Of a stretch of 64,000 nt of DNA, positions 11,131-21,656 are shown piece after piece. Position 1 is the stretch's first letter. Every line of letters begins with the position of its first letter. Position numbers and translations under genes: made by a program. The notes under the pieces are model-generated. The model did no database searches and was not told the origin of the DNA. It saw nothing but the letters and a program-made list of their open reading frames with translations. The stretch is from an uncultured Chloroflexia bacterium (lineage in GTDB: Bacteria; Chloroflexota; Anaerolineae; CG2-30-64-16): NCBI GenBank assembly GCA_963774265.1, contig CAVZDU010000007.1, positions 128,001-192,000 on the forward strand, given 5' to 3'.

Positions 11131-11908
11131 TCTGCACCTCGCTGTCCTTGCCGAGGTCGCCCGTCCTGGCAACCAGGTAGAGTCGCTCGATGAGTTGGTC
11201 CAGCGTCAGTTCGCCTCTCATGTACTGGCCGGCGATGCTCCCGCGGTCCAACACCACGATCCGATCCGCGACAGGGTGCACGTGGAAGATATTGTGGTCG
11301 ATGAAGATACATGACTTGCCCGCTCGTTTGATATCGGCAACAAACTCGAGCGCCTTCCGCGTCTCGGCCAGCGACAGGCCCATGGTTGGTTCATCCAGGA
11401 TGATGAGTTCGGCCTCGAAATAGAGGGCCCGGGTGATTGCGACGCCCTGGCGCTCGCCGCCGGACATAGTCTTGACCGGGGATTCCGGGGTGATGGCAGA
11501 AGAGGTGAACCCCATCGTCTCCTGCATGAGGTGGCCGGTTTCAGCGCGCATCCTTTCGACATCCAGGATGCCGAAGCGCTTTGTTAGCTCGCGCCCCATG
11601 AAGATGTTGCGCCACACCGACTGCTGGTCGGCCAGGGCGCGTTCCTGATACACCGGGTTGATGCCCAGTTCGCGTGCCCGCGCCACGCTCCAGCGGTCGA
11701 TGCGCTGGCCCTTCCAATACAGTTCGCCGCCTGGATCGGGCTTGTGATAGCCCGTAATAATCTTGATCAGCGTGGATTTGCCGGCGCCGTTATCGCCGAG
11801 CAGGCCCACGATTTCGTTCCGGCCGACCTCAAAATTGACGTCGTGGAGCGCGCCGACCTCGCCGAAGGTCTTGGAGACGTTCTTCATCTGAAACAGGTAG
11901 TCCATCAT
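11120..11908 (-). CDS. Sugar ABC transporter ATP-binding protein (single NBD)
   Basis: GDNGAGKST, MSGGERQ, ILDEPT. Confidence 0.9.
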   Translation of the reverse strand: MMDYLFQMKNVSKTFGEVGALHDVNFEVGRNEIVGLLGDNGAGKSTLIKIITGYHKPDPGGELYWKGQRIDRWSVARARELGINPVYQERALADQQSVWRNIFMGRELTKRFGILDVERMRAETGHLMQETMGFTSSAITPESPVKTMSGGERQGVAITRALYFEAELIILDEPTMGLSLAETRKALEFVADIKRAGKSCIFIDHNIFHVHPVADRIVVLDRGSIAGQYMRGELTLDQLIERLYLVARTGDLGKDSEVQNER

Positions 11909-11915
11909 GGCTCCC

Positions 11916-11951
11916 TGTTTCAGGGGTGGAGACGTCTCCACCCCTGAAACA
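11916..11951. repeat. Perfect 36-bp palindrome between the SBP and ATPase genes
   Basis: TGTTTCAGGGGTGGAGAC|GTCTCCACCCCTGAAACA. Confidence 0.9.
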
Positions 11952-11958
11952 AATCAAA

Positions 11959-13005
<1,047 letters not shown>

Positions 13006-13169
13006 GACAGTCTCTCCTCCGTTAGAGATGGAACCGACGATGGTTACGGCGACCGCGAATGGGCGATCGATCGGGGTGGGGCATCCCATCTTACGGTGAG
13101 GGTTGCCCCTGCGTCTTCGTCAATGAAGGACCTTCACCTCCTTTCGGACGCGTATGCGAGACAGGTGCT

Positions 13170-14189
13170 TCATCCGCCGGAGCTTTCTCGGATGATGAGT
13201 TCCGGACGGGGTGAAGTGATGGCTGGCTCGGGTGCAGATTCGCCTCCCAGACGAGCGTCGATAAACCGGTTGAGGATGCGCACCGCCTCGCGGCCGACCT
13301 CGCGCAGATGCTGTTCGACGGTGGTGAGGGGCGGCCAGAAATACGCGGCTTCGGGTGTGTTGTCGAAGCCGCAGACGGCAAGGTCGCGGGGGACGCGGCG
13401 ACCGGTCAGGTGTGCTGCGCGGAGTACGCCGAGGGCCATTTGGTCGTTGGCGGCGAACACCGCGTCGAGATTCCGGTGGCGATCCAGCAGCGTCTGCAAG
13501 CCCAACTCGCCGCTGGCCGCGAACCAGTCACCCTCAACGACCCACGAATCATCGCACGGGAGGCCAGCTTCGGCCAGGGCCTCAGTCCAGCCGGCTCGAC
13601 GTTCACGCACCTCCCACCAGTCTGCGGGTCCGGAGATAAAGCCTATGGATCGACGGCCCTGCAGGATCAGATGTTGGGCAGCCAGTTTGGCGCCGCACCG
13701 ATTTCCGGCCGCGACGATCGAGAGGCTGGGACGGGGCGCCATGCTCAGGAAGACAATAGGGGGGAGTCGCTCCAGATTCGCGTCGAGCACCCACTCACGG
13801 TTATTTCCGATTTCTGGGACTGCCCAAATGATGCCGTCCACCTGGCGACCGGCAAGGGTGGTCAGCGCCCGCAACGCCTGGCTCCGGTCGAGCCACGGGA
13901 CAAGCTCCAAGATGATGGAATAGCCGTTGCGATCCGCTTCGCGCTCGATGCCGGTGACTGCTTGTGACGGGCCGAAATACTCCAGCCCCGAAGCGACGAC
14001 TGCGAGGGTGTCACTACGGCGGTTAATGAGGCTGCGCGCGAGGATATTCGGCTGATAGCCGAGTTCCTCGATCACCTGCAGGACGCGCTCCCGGGTGGCG
14101 AGCGCCACCGGACGCTTGCCGGTTAGGACGTTGGAGACCGTCCCGGGCGAAACGTGAGCCTTGCTAGCGACATCCTTGACGGTAGGCAT
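13170..14189 (-). CDS. LacI-family transcriptional regulator
   Basis: PTVKDVASKAHVSPGTVSNVL HTH; AANDQMALG; GFDN; PPLTTV. Confidence 0.95.
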   Translation of the reverse strand: MPTVKDVASKAHVSPGTVSNVLTGKRPVALATRERVLQVIEELGYQPNILARSLINRRSDTLAVVASGLEYFGPSQAVTGIEREADRNGYSIILELVPWLDRSQALRALTTLAGRQVDGIIWAVPEIGNNREWVLDANLERLPPIVFLSMAPRPSLSIVAAGNRCGAKLAAQHLILQGRRSIGFISGPADWWEVRERRAGWTEALAEAGLPCDDSWVVEGDWFAASGELGLQTLLDRHRNLDAVFAANDQMALGVLRAAHLTGRRVPRDLAVCGFDNTPEAAYFWPPLTTVEQHLREVGREAVRILNRFIDARLGGESAPEPAITSPRPELIIRESSGG

Positions 14190-14213
14190 GGCTGCGTGGA
14201 CCTCCCGCAAACC

Positions 14214-14242
14214 ACTATATCAAAAACCTTTTAAGGTGTCAA
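14214..14242 (-). promoter_or_regulatory. Sigma70-type promoter for lacI and probably the sugar operon
   Basis: Minus strand TTGACA-17 bp-TATAGT, followed by a GGAGG RBS. Confidence 0.75.
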
Positions 14243-14272
14243 TAGGGAGTTTTTTGTGCTCGCTTCGCGGTT

Positions 14273-14974
14273 CTATTGGGTTGGGCAGGGCGGCGCGGGG
14301 CGAGACTGAACTACCGGTTCCATTTCGAAAAGCGCCAGCATATTGGTCACGGCAATGCGGCCGTCCTCAGTGGCGCGTCCCAGTATGTCCTCGTCGCAGG
14401 CGGCCGCGAGAAGTTGACTCTCCGCGGCTTGGCGCGCTTCCGTCTCCAGGTTCTCGTTTGGCGGCGCTAATAGCCCCTGTTGACGATCGTATACGCGCGT
14501 TTTGGCATTATCCAGGATGCTGCCCAGATTGAATATCTGGGCAGCAGGCAATGTGACGGTAACCGTCTTCCCGTCAGCCGAGACGACTACATCCGACGGC
14601 TGAAGCTGTTCCATGTCAATGCCAGCGATCACTGTGCCGTGAGCAATCAAGAGCAGACGGTCCCCACGGAGCCAATCAGGCCAGTTTGCATCCGACTGGC
14701 GCACCTCAATGACTCGCTCGATCGAGAATGTCGTCGTCTCCAGTCGACTGATCTGTCTGATTTGCCGGACGATTGCATCGCCCGAGATGATGGTCGCTGT
14801 CGGTGAAGGCGCAGGAAGGACGCCGAGTCCACTCAGTATCCGGTCGACCAGCGATGCTCCACCGCCCAGGACAAGACCGGCCATGAAGAGCGAAGCCGTC
14901 AAAACAAACGTCAACGCCCCAATCACCACATAGCGCCAACCCGAGGCCCGGCGCGGTGTCTGGCTCTCTTGCAT
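14273..14974 (-). CDS. DUF4230 domain membrane-anchored protein
   Basis: N-terminal TM; SRLETT, GTVIAGIDM, VTLPAAQI pattern. Confidence 0.75.
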   Translation of the reverse strand: MQESQTPRRASGWRYVVIGALTFVLTASLFMAGLVLGGGASLVDRILSGLGVLPAPSPTATIISGDAIVRQIRQISRLETTTFSIERVIEVRQSDANWPDWLRGDRLLLIAHGTVIAGIDMEQLQPSDVVVSADGKTVTVTLPAAQIFNLGSILDNAKTRVYDRQQGLLAPPNENLETEARQAAESQLLAAACDEDILGRATEDGRIAVTNMLALFEMEPVVQSRPAPPCPTQ

Positions 14975-14979
14975 GCGGA

Positions 14980-16101
14980 CTACTTTCTCACGAGCACCAT
15001 CAGAGGTTCGCCATCACTGGCTGTCAGGGCCAACTCATCACCGCTGATGGCATAGGCGCTGGTTCGCAACAGCGCGTCGATGAACTCGACCTCTAGCACC
15101 ATAACGTTCGCGGCACAAGCTTTTCGGGTCATCAACGCCGGCGCGGTCACCGTCGCCGCAGCGATATCGGTTGTCAACATGGCGCGGTACTGATTGCAGC
15201 CTGTGGACCCGCTGATGCGAATGCCGTCAGCAGCCACGTCGAGCGTGACGACCGTGTCCTGCACGGGTGGGATGGCCTGTCCGTTCACCCACAGACTTTG
15301 AAGCACCCAGCTTGTGCCCTCGAGGCCGGTGGCTTGAACGGTCTGTGGCGTTGGCTGGGCCGGTGACGTGGGCGTCGGCGCGACCGTCGAGGGTGGTAAG
15401 GTAGGTGTCGGCGCGACACTCACGATCGGCGCAGTGGGCGTCGGCGCGACAGTCGGGAGCTCAACGGGGGCACCGGGCGTGGAAGGGGCGCCTTCGAGTG
15501 GCGCGGCCTCGCCTGCGCGAAATTCCATGACGCCGGCCTCGTCCAGCAGGTATATCGTCAATCCGTCATCGTTGATCTGGTGGCGTTCGATGTTCCGGAT
15601 TTGACCGAGAAATTCCGAGTCCAGCGAGTCGGGTGGACAGGCCATTTTAGTGGTGCCAATCGGGCCGAAGGAGAAACCTGCGGCGGTCTCCTGATAGGTG
15701 GCCGTGCCGAAGTTGCAGTCGGCCTGCACCAGCGCATTGCCGTCGGGCAGGAGCTGAAAAGTGTAACGCGCAGGGTCACCTGGCGTCAGCACAGTGCCAT
15801 CCTTGAAAGTCGACGACACCCATTGCCATGCCTCCCCAACGATCGTTGGCCGGGGCGTCTCGGAAGGGGGTACGGCAACTGTTGGTGCGAGGGGAGCTGT
15901 CTCTGTGATGGCTGCCGGGGGTTGTAGCGGCGACGTCGCGATGCCAGGTTGCTCGACGCCAGGCAGGTACACAGTCACGGTGGGTGTCTGGGCGCCGGGG
16001 GGCACTACGGGCATCGGGGCACACGCGGCCACGATGATCATTACGCCCAGCATCACGCTGAAAACTCGTATAAGACGCAAGCCCGATTTCATTAGCGACA
16101 C
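14980..16101 (-). CDS. Lipoprotein with two META (HslJ-like) domains and Pro/Thr linkers
   Basis: VAAC lipobox; ADCN..TTKMAC and GSTGCN..TRKAC motifs. Confidence 0.85.
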   Translation of the reverse strand: MSLMKSGLRLIRVFSVMLGVMIIVAACAPMPVVPPGAQTPTVTVYLPGVEQPGIATSPLQPPAAITETAPLAPTVAVPPSETPRPTIVGEAWQWVSSTFKDGTVLTPGDPARYTFQLLPDGNALVQADCNFGTATYQETAAGFSFGPIGTTKMACPPDSLDSEFLGQIRNIERHQINDDGLTIYLLDEAGVMEFRAGEAAPLEGAPSTPGAPVELPTVAPTPTAPIVSVAPTPTLPPSTVAPTPTSPAQPTPQTVQATGLEGTSWVLQSLWVNGQAIPPVQDTVVTLDVAADGIRISGSTGCNQYRAMLTTDIAAATVTAPALMTRKACAANVMVLEVEFIDALLRTSAYAISGDELALTASDGEPLMVLVRK

Positions 16102-16135
16102 TCCTCTTTGACAAAAATGCCTTAGCGTTCCGGGT

Positions 16136-16960
16136 CTAGCCGAGCAACTCCACTCCCGCCTCGCGAAGCCGGCGATATATCAGATCCATCAGCCTCAGCT
16201 TGATCGTGGCCGCCTTCGCAAAAGAGCAGTGGGCCATGACAGTTAATTCGACTTTGTTGCTCATACTATCTGACGTGGAAAGCACCTGGAAAGGTTCGAC
16301 TAATTCCGGCAACCACTGACTTGCTGATTCACTCATCTCTTCCAGCACAGCGATAGCTTTCCCCAACTCCTCGCTGTTTACCACGAGTCTGACGCGCGCA
16401 CTGGAGTATGGCGCGCGGCTGAAGTTGCGAATCACCATAATGTCGCCATTTGGAACCACATACAACTCGCCGGAAGCAGCGCGCAGCAGCGTATTGGTTA
16501 CGTTGACTTCTTCGACCGTGCCCTCCACCGTGGCGCCGCCCACAGTCAGCTCCACCTTCTCGCCGATAGCAAACGTATTACGGAAGATGAAGCGTGTGCC
16601 GGCCAGGATGTCGGCCACCAAAGAGCGAGCGGCGAGACCGAACGCGGCGCTAAACAAGCCGACGATCCAGATCAGCCGTTCCGAATCGACAAAGAGCGAA
16701 AAGGTGCCCAGCACGGCCACAATGAACGCCACCAGGCTGATCAGGCTACCGATCAGGCTCTCCAGGGTTTTCTGGCGCGGCTGCGCCATCGCTCGCTTCC
16801 CGGGTAGGCGACGTCCCAGCGCAACAAACGGGCGCGCCAGATACCGAGACAAGAGCGACGCCAGGACGGCGAAAAGGAAGTAAATGGCGATTCCGCCAAT
16901 CGTCCGCAGGGCCGTGACCGTACCCGGCGCCTGCCAGAAGGGACTGTCACCTGTCCCCAT
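16136..16960 (-). CDS. MscS-family mechanosensitive channel
   Basis: TM helices; FAIGEKV..GTVEEV..GELYVVPNG. Confidence 0.85.
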   Translation of the reverse strand: MGTGDSPFWQAPGTVTALRTIGGIAIYFLFAVLASLLSRYLARPFVALGRRLPGKRAMAQPRQKTLESLIGSLISLVAFIVAVLGTFSLFVDSERLIWIVGLFSAAFGLAARSLVADILAGTRFIFRNTFAIGEKVELTVGGATVEGTVEEVNVTNTLLRAASGELYVVPNGDIMVIRNFSRAPYSSARVRLVVNSEELGKAIAVLEEMSESASQWLPELVEPFQVLSTSDSMSNKVELTVMAHCSFAKAATIKLRLMDLIYRRLREAGVELLG

Positions 16961-17082
16961 CGCACCTCACCATTTGAACTTGTGTCATGTTCGCGTTAGA
17001 ATCGCAACAGCGATGTCCGTTACCGGCGCTCACATTCTAGCCTAACTTCGGCAATGCGTAAACAGCGGGCGCTGGTCTCATT

Positions 17083-17748
17083 GTGGAGGACCTCATGCTG
17101 CTGAACCTGCTTGGCATGGCTGCGCTCATTTTCCTCACTTACGTCTTCTTCACACTGTTCTTGCGTCTGCTGCGATCACCAAGCCTGGGGGTGAAGCTCC
17201 TTGGCGGGCTGCTCTCCGGTGTGCTGGCCACGGCATTTGCCGTGGCGACGGGTGCAGCCCTGTTTGGGGTTTGGAGGATGGATTCTCCACGCGATCGGCC
17301 CGTTACCGATCTGAAGGTCGCCGGGACCTCCGAGCAGGTGGCCCGCGGCCGGGAACTGGCGCTGGCATGCATTGCGTGCCACTCCAGTGACGACTCTCCG
17401 ATCCTAAACGGCGGGATGACGAATTTGGTCGCCCAATTGGGCCCCTATGGTCAGCTTTATGGGCCGAATTTAACTCCTGGCGGCGAAATCCGGAACTGGA
17501 GCGACGGAGAGATCGTCAGTGCCATCAGGGAAGGCGTTGATGACAAGGGCGTGCCGCTCATGGTGCACCCTGCCAGCGACTATTATTGGATGAGCGATGC
17601 GGATGTTGAGGCATTGGTGGCCTATTTGCGCAGCTTGCCGGCCCTGCGCCACGATCAACCCCGGCGGAATCTGAATTTGTTCGCAAAACTGGCAGTGGCT
17701 GCCGGGCTACTGACGACATCTGAACTGCCGCCGCGAACCATCCCGTAA
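17083..17748 (+). CDS. Membrane-anchored monoheme c-type cytochrome
   Basis: CIACH heme motif, PNLTP, AIREGV, LVAYLRSL; two N-terminal TM helices. Confidence 0.85.
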   Translation: MEDLMLLNLLGMAALIFLTYVFFTLFLRLLRSPSLGVKLLGGLLSGVLATAFAVATGAALFGVWRMDSPRDRPVTDLKVAGTSEQVARGRELALACIACHSSDDSPILNGGMTNLVAQLGPYGQLYGPNLTPGGEIRNWSDGEIVSAIREGVDDKGVPLMVHPASDYYWMSDADVEALVAYLRSLPALRHDQPRRNLNLFAKLAVAAGLLTTSELPPRTIP

Positions 17749-17768
17749 GTTCGAGTGTCCAGGGGCGC

Positions 17769-18029
17769 GTGACGGATACCCAGAGTCGAACTTATCTGGT
17801 TCGCGCACGGGCCGGTCAACCCATGCGAATCGCCCTGGTGTCTGCGAATACCAACGCGAACTTCTCGATGGTCGGCGTAACCGGCGGACAGCCGTACAAG
17901 CGCGTCGACGTTGGCGAGCCGTGGTTTTACCCGGTGTTGCTTTCCAGCCAGGACTATCGCATTGACGTCCGGGTGGCATCGGGCGCAGGCTTGGCCGGCT
18001 ACGTCCTGGCCATCGCAATCGCACCATAA
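17769..18029 (+). CDS. Small beta-sandwich domain fragment (PPC/PliG-like), possibly a gene remnant
   Basis: YLVRARAGQPMRI..DYRIDV pattern; no signal peptide. Confidence 0.4.
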   Translation: MTDTQSRTYLVRARAGQPMRIALVSANTNANFSMVGVTGGQPYKRVDVGEPWFYPVLLSSQDYRIDVRVASGAGLAGYVLAIAIAP

Positions 18030-18033
18030 TCTA

Positions 18034-18070
18034 CCATGGCAGGGACGGGACCGCCCGGTCCCTGCCATGG
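18034..18070. terminator. GC-rich hairpin (possible terminator)
   Basis: CCATGGCAGGGAC...GTCCCTGCCATGG inverted repeat just after a stop codon; no U tract. Confidence 0.5.
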
Positions 18071-18272
18071 CGTCCTCAACATCCTCGGAACCTGGTCTCG
18101 CCTACGGTCATCCTGCTCCCACCCAAGGTCACGGTTTGATGCTTACCTTATTCATGGTCTGCTATCCAGTTGGATAGTTGCTTTCTATCCAGAAACGCGT
18201 ATACTGACTTCGGTGCACGTATCCTGTTAGTGTGGCAACTGATTGTTTGACCCCAATAGAAGGAGGCACTTC

Positions 18273-18677
18273 ATGGCGAACCTGAAGATGATCGAGGGCA
18301 TAGGTGAGGCTTATGCGGCTAAGCTGCTGACCGCGGGCCTGGCTACGACGGAAGCCTTGCTCGCCAAAGGCGCGACGCCCGAAGGCCGCGCAGAAATCGC
18401 AGAGAAGGCCGGCATCGACGTCAAGAAGATTCTCGAATGGGTGAACCGCGCCGATCTGTTCCGCATTAAGGGCGTGGCAGAAGAATACTCCGATTTACTG
18501 GAGAATGCAGGCGTGGACACCGTGCCCGAACTGGCGCAACGCAACCCCACCAACCTGCTGGCCAAGATGACAGCTGTGAACGCTGAGAAGAAGCTGGTCC
18601 GCCGCCTGCCCACGCAGAACGAAGTCAACCGCTGGGTGGAGCACGCCAAGGTGCTGCCACGCAAGTTGACTTATTGA
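18273..18677 (+). CDS. DUF4332 domain protein (helix-hairpin-helix-like)
   Basis: IEGIG, WVNRADLFRIKGV, LLENAGVDTVPELAQRN; AGGAGG RBS. Confidence 0.85.
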   Translation: MANLKMIEGIGEAYAAKLLTAGLATTEALLAKGATPEGRAEIAEKAGIDVKKILEWVNRADLFRIKGVAEEYSDLLENAGVDTVPELAQRNPTNLLAKMTAVNAEKKLVRRLPTQNEVNRWVEHAKVLPRKLTY

Positions 18678-18808
18678 TTCCAAAGCGGCTCGTACTTGCG
18701 GGTTGATGTCCCCTTAGCCGGCGACGCTTGCGGCGCAGCATTTCACGTCCGTGCAGGAAATGCTGTGACGTAGGCGTCGCCTGCGTTAAAGCGTGCTCCA
18801 GGAGCGTC

Positions 18809-19330
18809 CTAGTTGTTATTACCGCTGCTCAATACGCTGATGATCTCGCCCACGTAGAAGCGATGAAAGTCACGCTGTTGGTAAACGGCCCCCATCACCT
18901 TCGCATCCACAAAACCCGCCTCCCCGATATCACCGAAATAGAGCTTGCGACATTCCAGGATGAGCCGAGCCTGTTCAAATGCCACGGCGCCCGTCGGCGT
19001 CGCAAACGGCGTGAGCCCAGTCTCGTGTGTCTTGTTGACGTCCCGGCCCGAGTGGCTGCCGCAATACTCCAATGCTTTTCGCCAGGTTGCATCGAAGAAG
19101 CTGAGCGTGTAGCTGGCGCTGCGCTCCATGAAGTTGTAAGTGTAGCGCTGCGGCCGCACATAGCAGATGGCGACGTCGCGCTCCCACAGGTGTCCCCAAG
19201 TCCCCCAGCTGGCAGTCATCGTGTTGAAGTTATCCAGGGGGCCCGCCGTGATGAGCATCCACTCTCTGCCGACGGTCTGAAATGGGTTATGCCGGATGTC
19301 TACGGGCGCGATTTCCGAGAAATTATTCAT
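18809..19330 (-). CDS. Flavin reductase-like (flavoredoxin) protein
   Basis: NTMTASWG, VRPQRYT, CGSHSGRDVNK. Confidence 0.9.
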   Translation of the reverse strand: MNNFSEIAPVDIRHNPFQTVGREWMLITAGPLDNFNTMTASWGTWGHLWERDVAICYVRPQRYTYNFMERSASYTLSFFDATWRKALEYCGSHSGRDVNKTHETGLTPFATPTGAVAFEQARLILECRKLYFGDIGEAGFVDAKVMGAVYQQRDFHRFYVGEIISVLSSGNNN

Positions 19331-19631
19331 AACTGGCCTCGCTTTTTGATGTGGGTGGCTGCGAAGACGGCCGCGTCAATTGTTCGAGTAGCGTGAGATA
19401 CGCCATCGCCTCTTCAGAACTTGTCCCGCACATCTCCGGCATGGGTCGCAGATTCACGCACACCTGGGGGCGCTCAGGCAGGCCAAACAGCCGGCAACGG
19501 TTGTCATCGGTCAATTGCATGCAGCGCACGCCGGCCGGCTTGCCCTCGGGCATCCCAGGGATAGGTGAAGAGATGGACAGGGCAATGCAGCATGCGCCGC
19601 AGCCCACGCGACAACTGAATGTCTCCGTCAT
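19323..19631 (-). CDS. YkgJ-family cysteine-cluster protein
   Basis: CRVGCGACC, KPAGVRC, RPQVC. Confidence 0.85.
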   Translation of the reverse strand: MTETFSCRVGCGACCIALSISSPIPGMPEGKPAGVRCMQLTDDNRCRLFGLPERPQVCVNLRPMPEMCGTSSEEAMAYLTLLEQLTRPSSQPPTSKSEASYE

Positions 19632-20647
19632 CCCGCGGCTGCGGTCAGTTCCATCATGCCTCGCACTGCTGCGCCTACTAACGCGGCTCTCGGATGCATG
19701 ATGAGTTGGACGGGCACCTGTGACAGCACATCAGAGAAGCGGCCTTTCTCGCGGAATGCTTGCGTGAAGTGCTCGTTGTGATCCAGCCGCTTGACGATGC
19801 GCGGGGGAATGCCACCACCGATGAACACGCCGCCGGTTGCAAGCACCTTGAGCGCCAGGTTGCCGGCTTCCGATGCGAGTATAGAGATGAATACGTCCAA
19901 AGTGAGTTCGCACAGCGGGCATCGTCGCTCGGTGTCCAATCCAGCGTTCACGATGGTGGGTGTCGGGTCCTTCACGAGATCCAGTTGCTCGCGCAGCCAC
20001 GCAGGTTCCTCCGCGGCGCCGCTGGCACGCAAATAGTCGTAGATATTGGGGATGCCGATGCCTGAGCAGACCCGTTCGAAGCTGACGTGACCCATCTTGC
20101 CCATCAGATAACTTAGCATGTTGATCTGCAGCTCATCGATGGGCGCAAAGCTGGCATGTCCGCCCTCGGATGCTTGCGCACGGTACTTTGTGCCGTCCCA
20201 GGCCAGGAACGCCTCGCCCAGCCCCGTGCCAGGTGCGATAACCGCAATGGCGCCGCCGGGCACGGCTGAACCCGGGATGAGCGTGTGAATGTCCTCGGCT
20301 GCCAGATGGGGCACCGAGTTGGCAATGGCATCCAGGTCGTTGATGAGCACTGCCCGTCGCACACCCAGTGTATCGGCAAGATGTTGCTCGTCCATCACCC
20401 ATGGTAGGTTGGTGATCTCTGCGCGGCCCTGGATGACCGGGCCTGCAACGCCAAAGACCGCTCCTTCAATGGGCAGATTCACTTCGGCCAGGAATGACAG
20501 GGCAATGTCTTCCAGGCTATCGTATTCAGCGCTGCGATAGGTCTTCTCGACCAGGGGCCGCCGCGCACCAACATCCGCCGAAAAAACGCCCAAGACCGTC
20601 TTCGTGCCGCCGATGTCGCCTGCCAGGAGCATAACGCCCTCCCTCAC
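19628..20647 (-). CDS. glk: Glucokinase
   Basis: AGDIGGTKT, ITNLPW, LIND, GTGLG, SEGGH, ERVCSG, GGGI. Confidence 0.92.
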   Translation of the reverse strand: MREGVMLLAGDIGGTKTVLGVFSADVGARRPLVEKTYRSAEYDSLEDIALSFLAEVNLPIEGAVFGVAGPVIQGRAEITNLPWVMDEQHLADTLGVRRAVLINDLDAIANSVPHLAAEDIHTLIPGSAVPGGAIAVIAPGTGLGEAFLAWDGTKYRAQASEGGHASFAPIDELQINMLSYLMGKMGHVSFERVCSGIGIPNIYDYLRASGAAEEPAWLREQLDLVKDPTPTIVNAGLDTERRCPLCELTLDVFISILASEAGNLALKVLATGGVFIGGGIPPRIVKRLDHNEHFTQAFREKGRFSDVLSQVPVQLIMHPRAALVGAAVRGMMELTAAAG

Positions 20648-20851
20648 AAATGGCTGAAATGATGGATAATCGTACCACGCCTCTGCGGTCGCGACAACAA
20701 ACGGAGCAGGCCGATCAACAACCCGATCGATGTGCTGCTTGACTTCCTGTCTCAGTGGTGTACCATCTTGCTATCTGAAAGAAGCGCGCCGCCATCCATC
20801 TGATACACCATTGCAGGATCGGCTCCGTCAGGAGAAATATAGGGAGGGCAC

Positions 20852-21496
20852 ATGCTCGTGCTTGACTTGAAGAAGCAATACAAGCACTTTTATCAACCGC
20901 CGGCAGGCAAGGTGCAGGTCGTGGATATGCCGGAGTTACAGTTCCTGATGATCGATGGTGCGATCGAGCCCGGGCAGGAACCCGGGACGTCGCCCGGCTT
21001 CGAACAGGTTATGGGCGCCCTATACGGCGCGGCATACACCCTGAAATTCATGTTCAAGAAGCGCAACCAGGACCCGGTTGACTATCCGGTGATGGCGCTG
21101 GAAGGCTTGTGGCGCATCGAGTCTGGCGAATTCGATATTAGTGTCAAGGACAACTGGGGCTACACCCTGATGATCCTCGTCCCTGATGTGGTGGGACCCG
21201 ATGATTTTCTGGCTGCAATCGCGCAGCTCGACAAGAAGAAACCCAATCCGGCAAACGCGCGCTTGCGGCTGGAGCGGTTTCGGGAGGGCCTGTGCGTGCA
21301 GGCATTGCACGTCGGGCCATATGCCACCGAGCCCGCAACGCTGGAGAAGATGCACTTGTTTGCGCAGGCGAACGGCTACCGGGTGCGCCAGGGTCACCAT
21401 GAGATCTACATGGGTGACCCGCGCCAAGCCGACCCGAGCAAGCTGAAGACCGTGTTGCGATATCCGATTGAGCCGGAAACCAGCATCGCGCGGTAA
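20852..21496 (+). CDS. GyrI-like small-molecule-binding domain protein
   Basis: LEGLW, CVQALHVGPY, HHEIYMGDPR..KLKTVLR. Confidence 0.85.
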   Translation: MLVLDLKKQYKHFYQPPAGKVQVVDMPELQFLMIDGAIEPGQEPGTSPGFEQVMGALYGAAYTLKFMFKKRNQDPVDYPVMALEGLWRIESGEFDISVKDNWGYTLMILVPDVVGPDDFLAAIAQLDKKKPNPANARLRLERFREGLCVQALHVGPYATEPATLEKMHLFAQANGYRVRQGHHEIYMGDPRQADPSKLKTVLRYPIEPETSIAR

Positions 21497-21520
21497 GCCT
21501 CAACCTCACCCCGCAGGCTC

Positions 21521-21549
21521 GACTCCCTCCTGTTACTCATGAGGGAGTC
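21521..21549 (+). terminator. Hairpin after the GyrI-like gene
   Basis: GACTCCCTC...GAGGGAGTC. Confidence 0.45.
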
Positions 21550-21566
21550 GCTGCTTAAGATCCCCC

Positions 21567-21595
21567 TTGACAATGCTCGATCATGGGCGCATACT
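21567..21595 (+). promoter_or_regulatory. Sigma70-type promoter of the MBL hydrolase/membrane protein pair
   Basis: TTGACA-17 bp-CATACT. Confidence 0.6.
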
Positions 21596-21656
21596 TGTCA
21601 GTGTAATACAAGTATACTACAAGGACTGTGCAAGGTCACAGGACGGAGATTAAGCT

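Noticed and set aside
15355-15460. Direct repeats (GGCGTCGGCGCGAC) as a CRISPR-like array
   Set aside because: They encode the VAPTPT linker of the META lipoprotein; no spacer structure or cas genes
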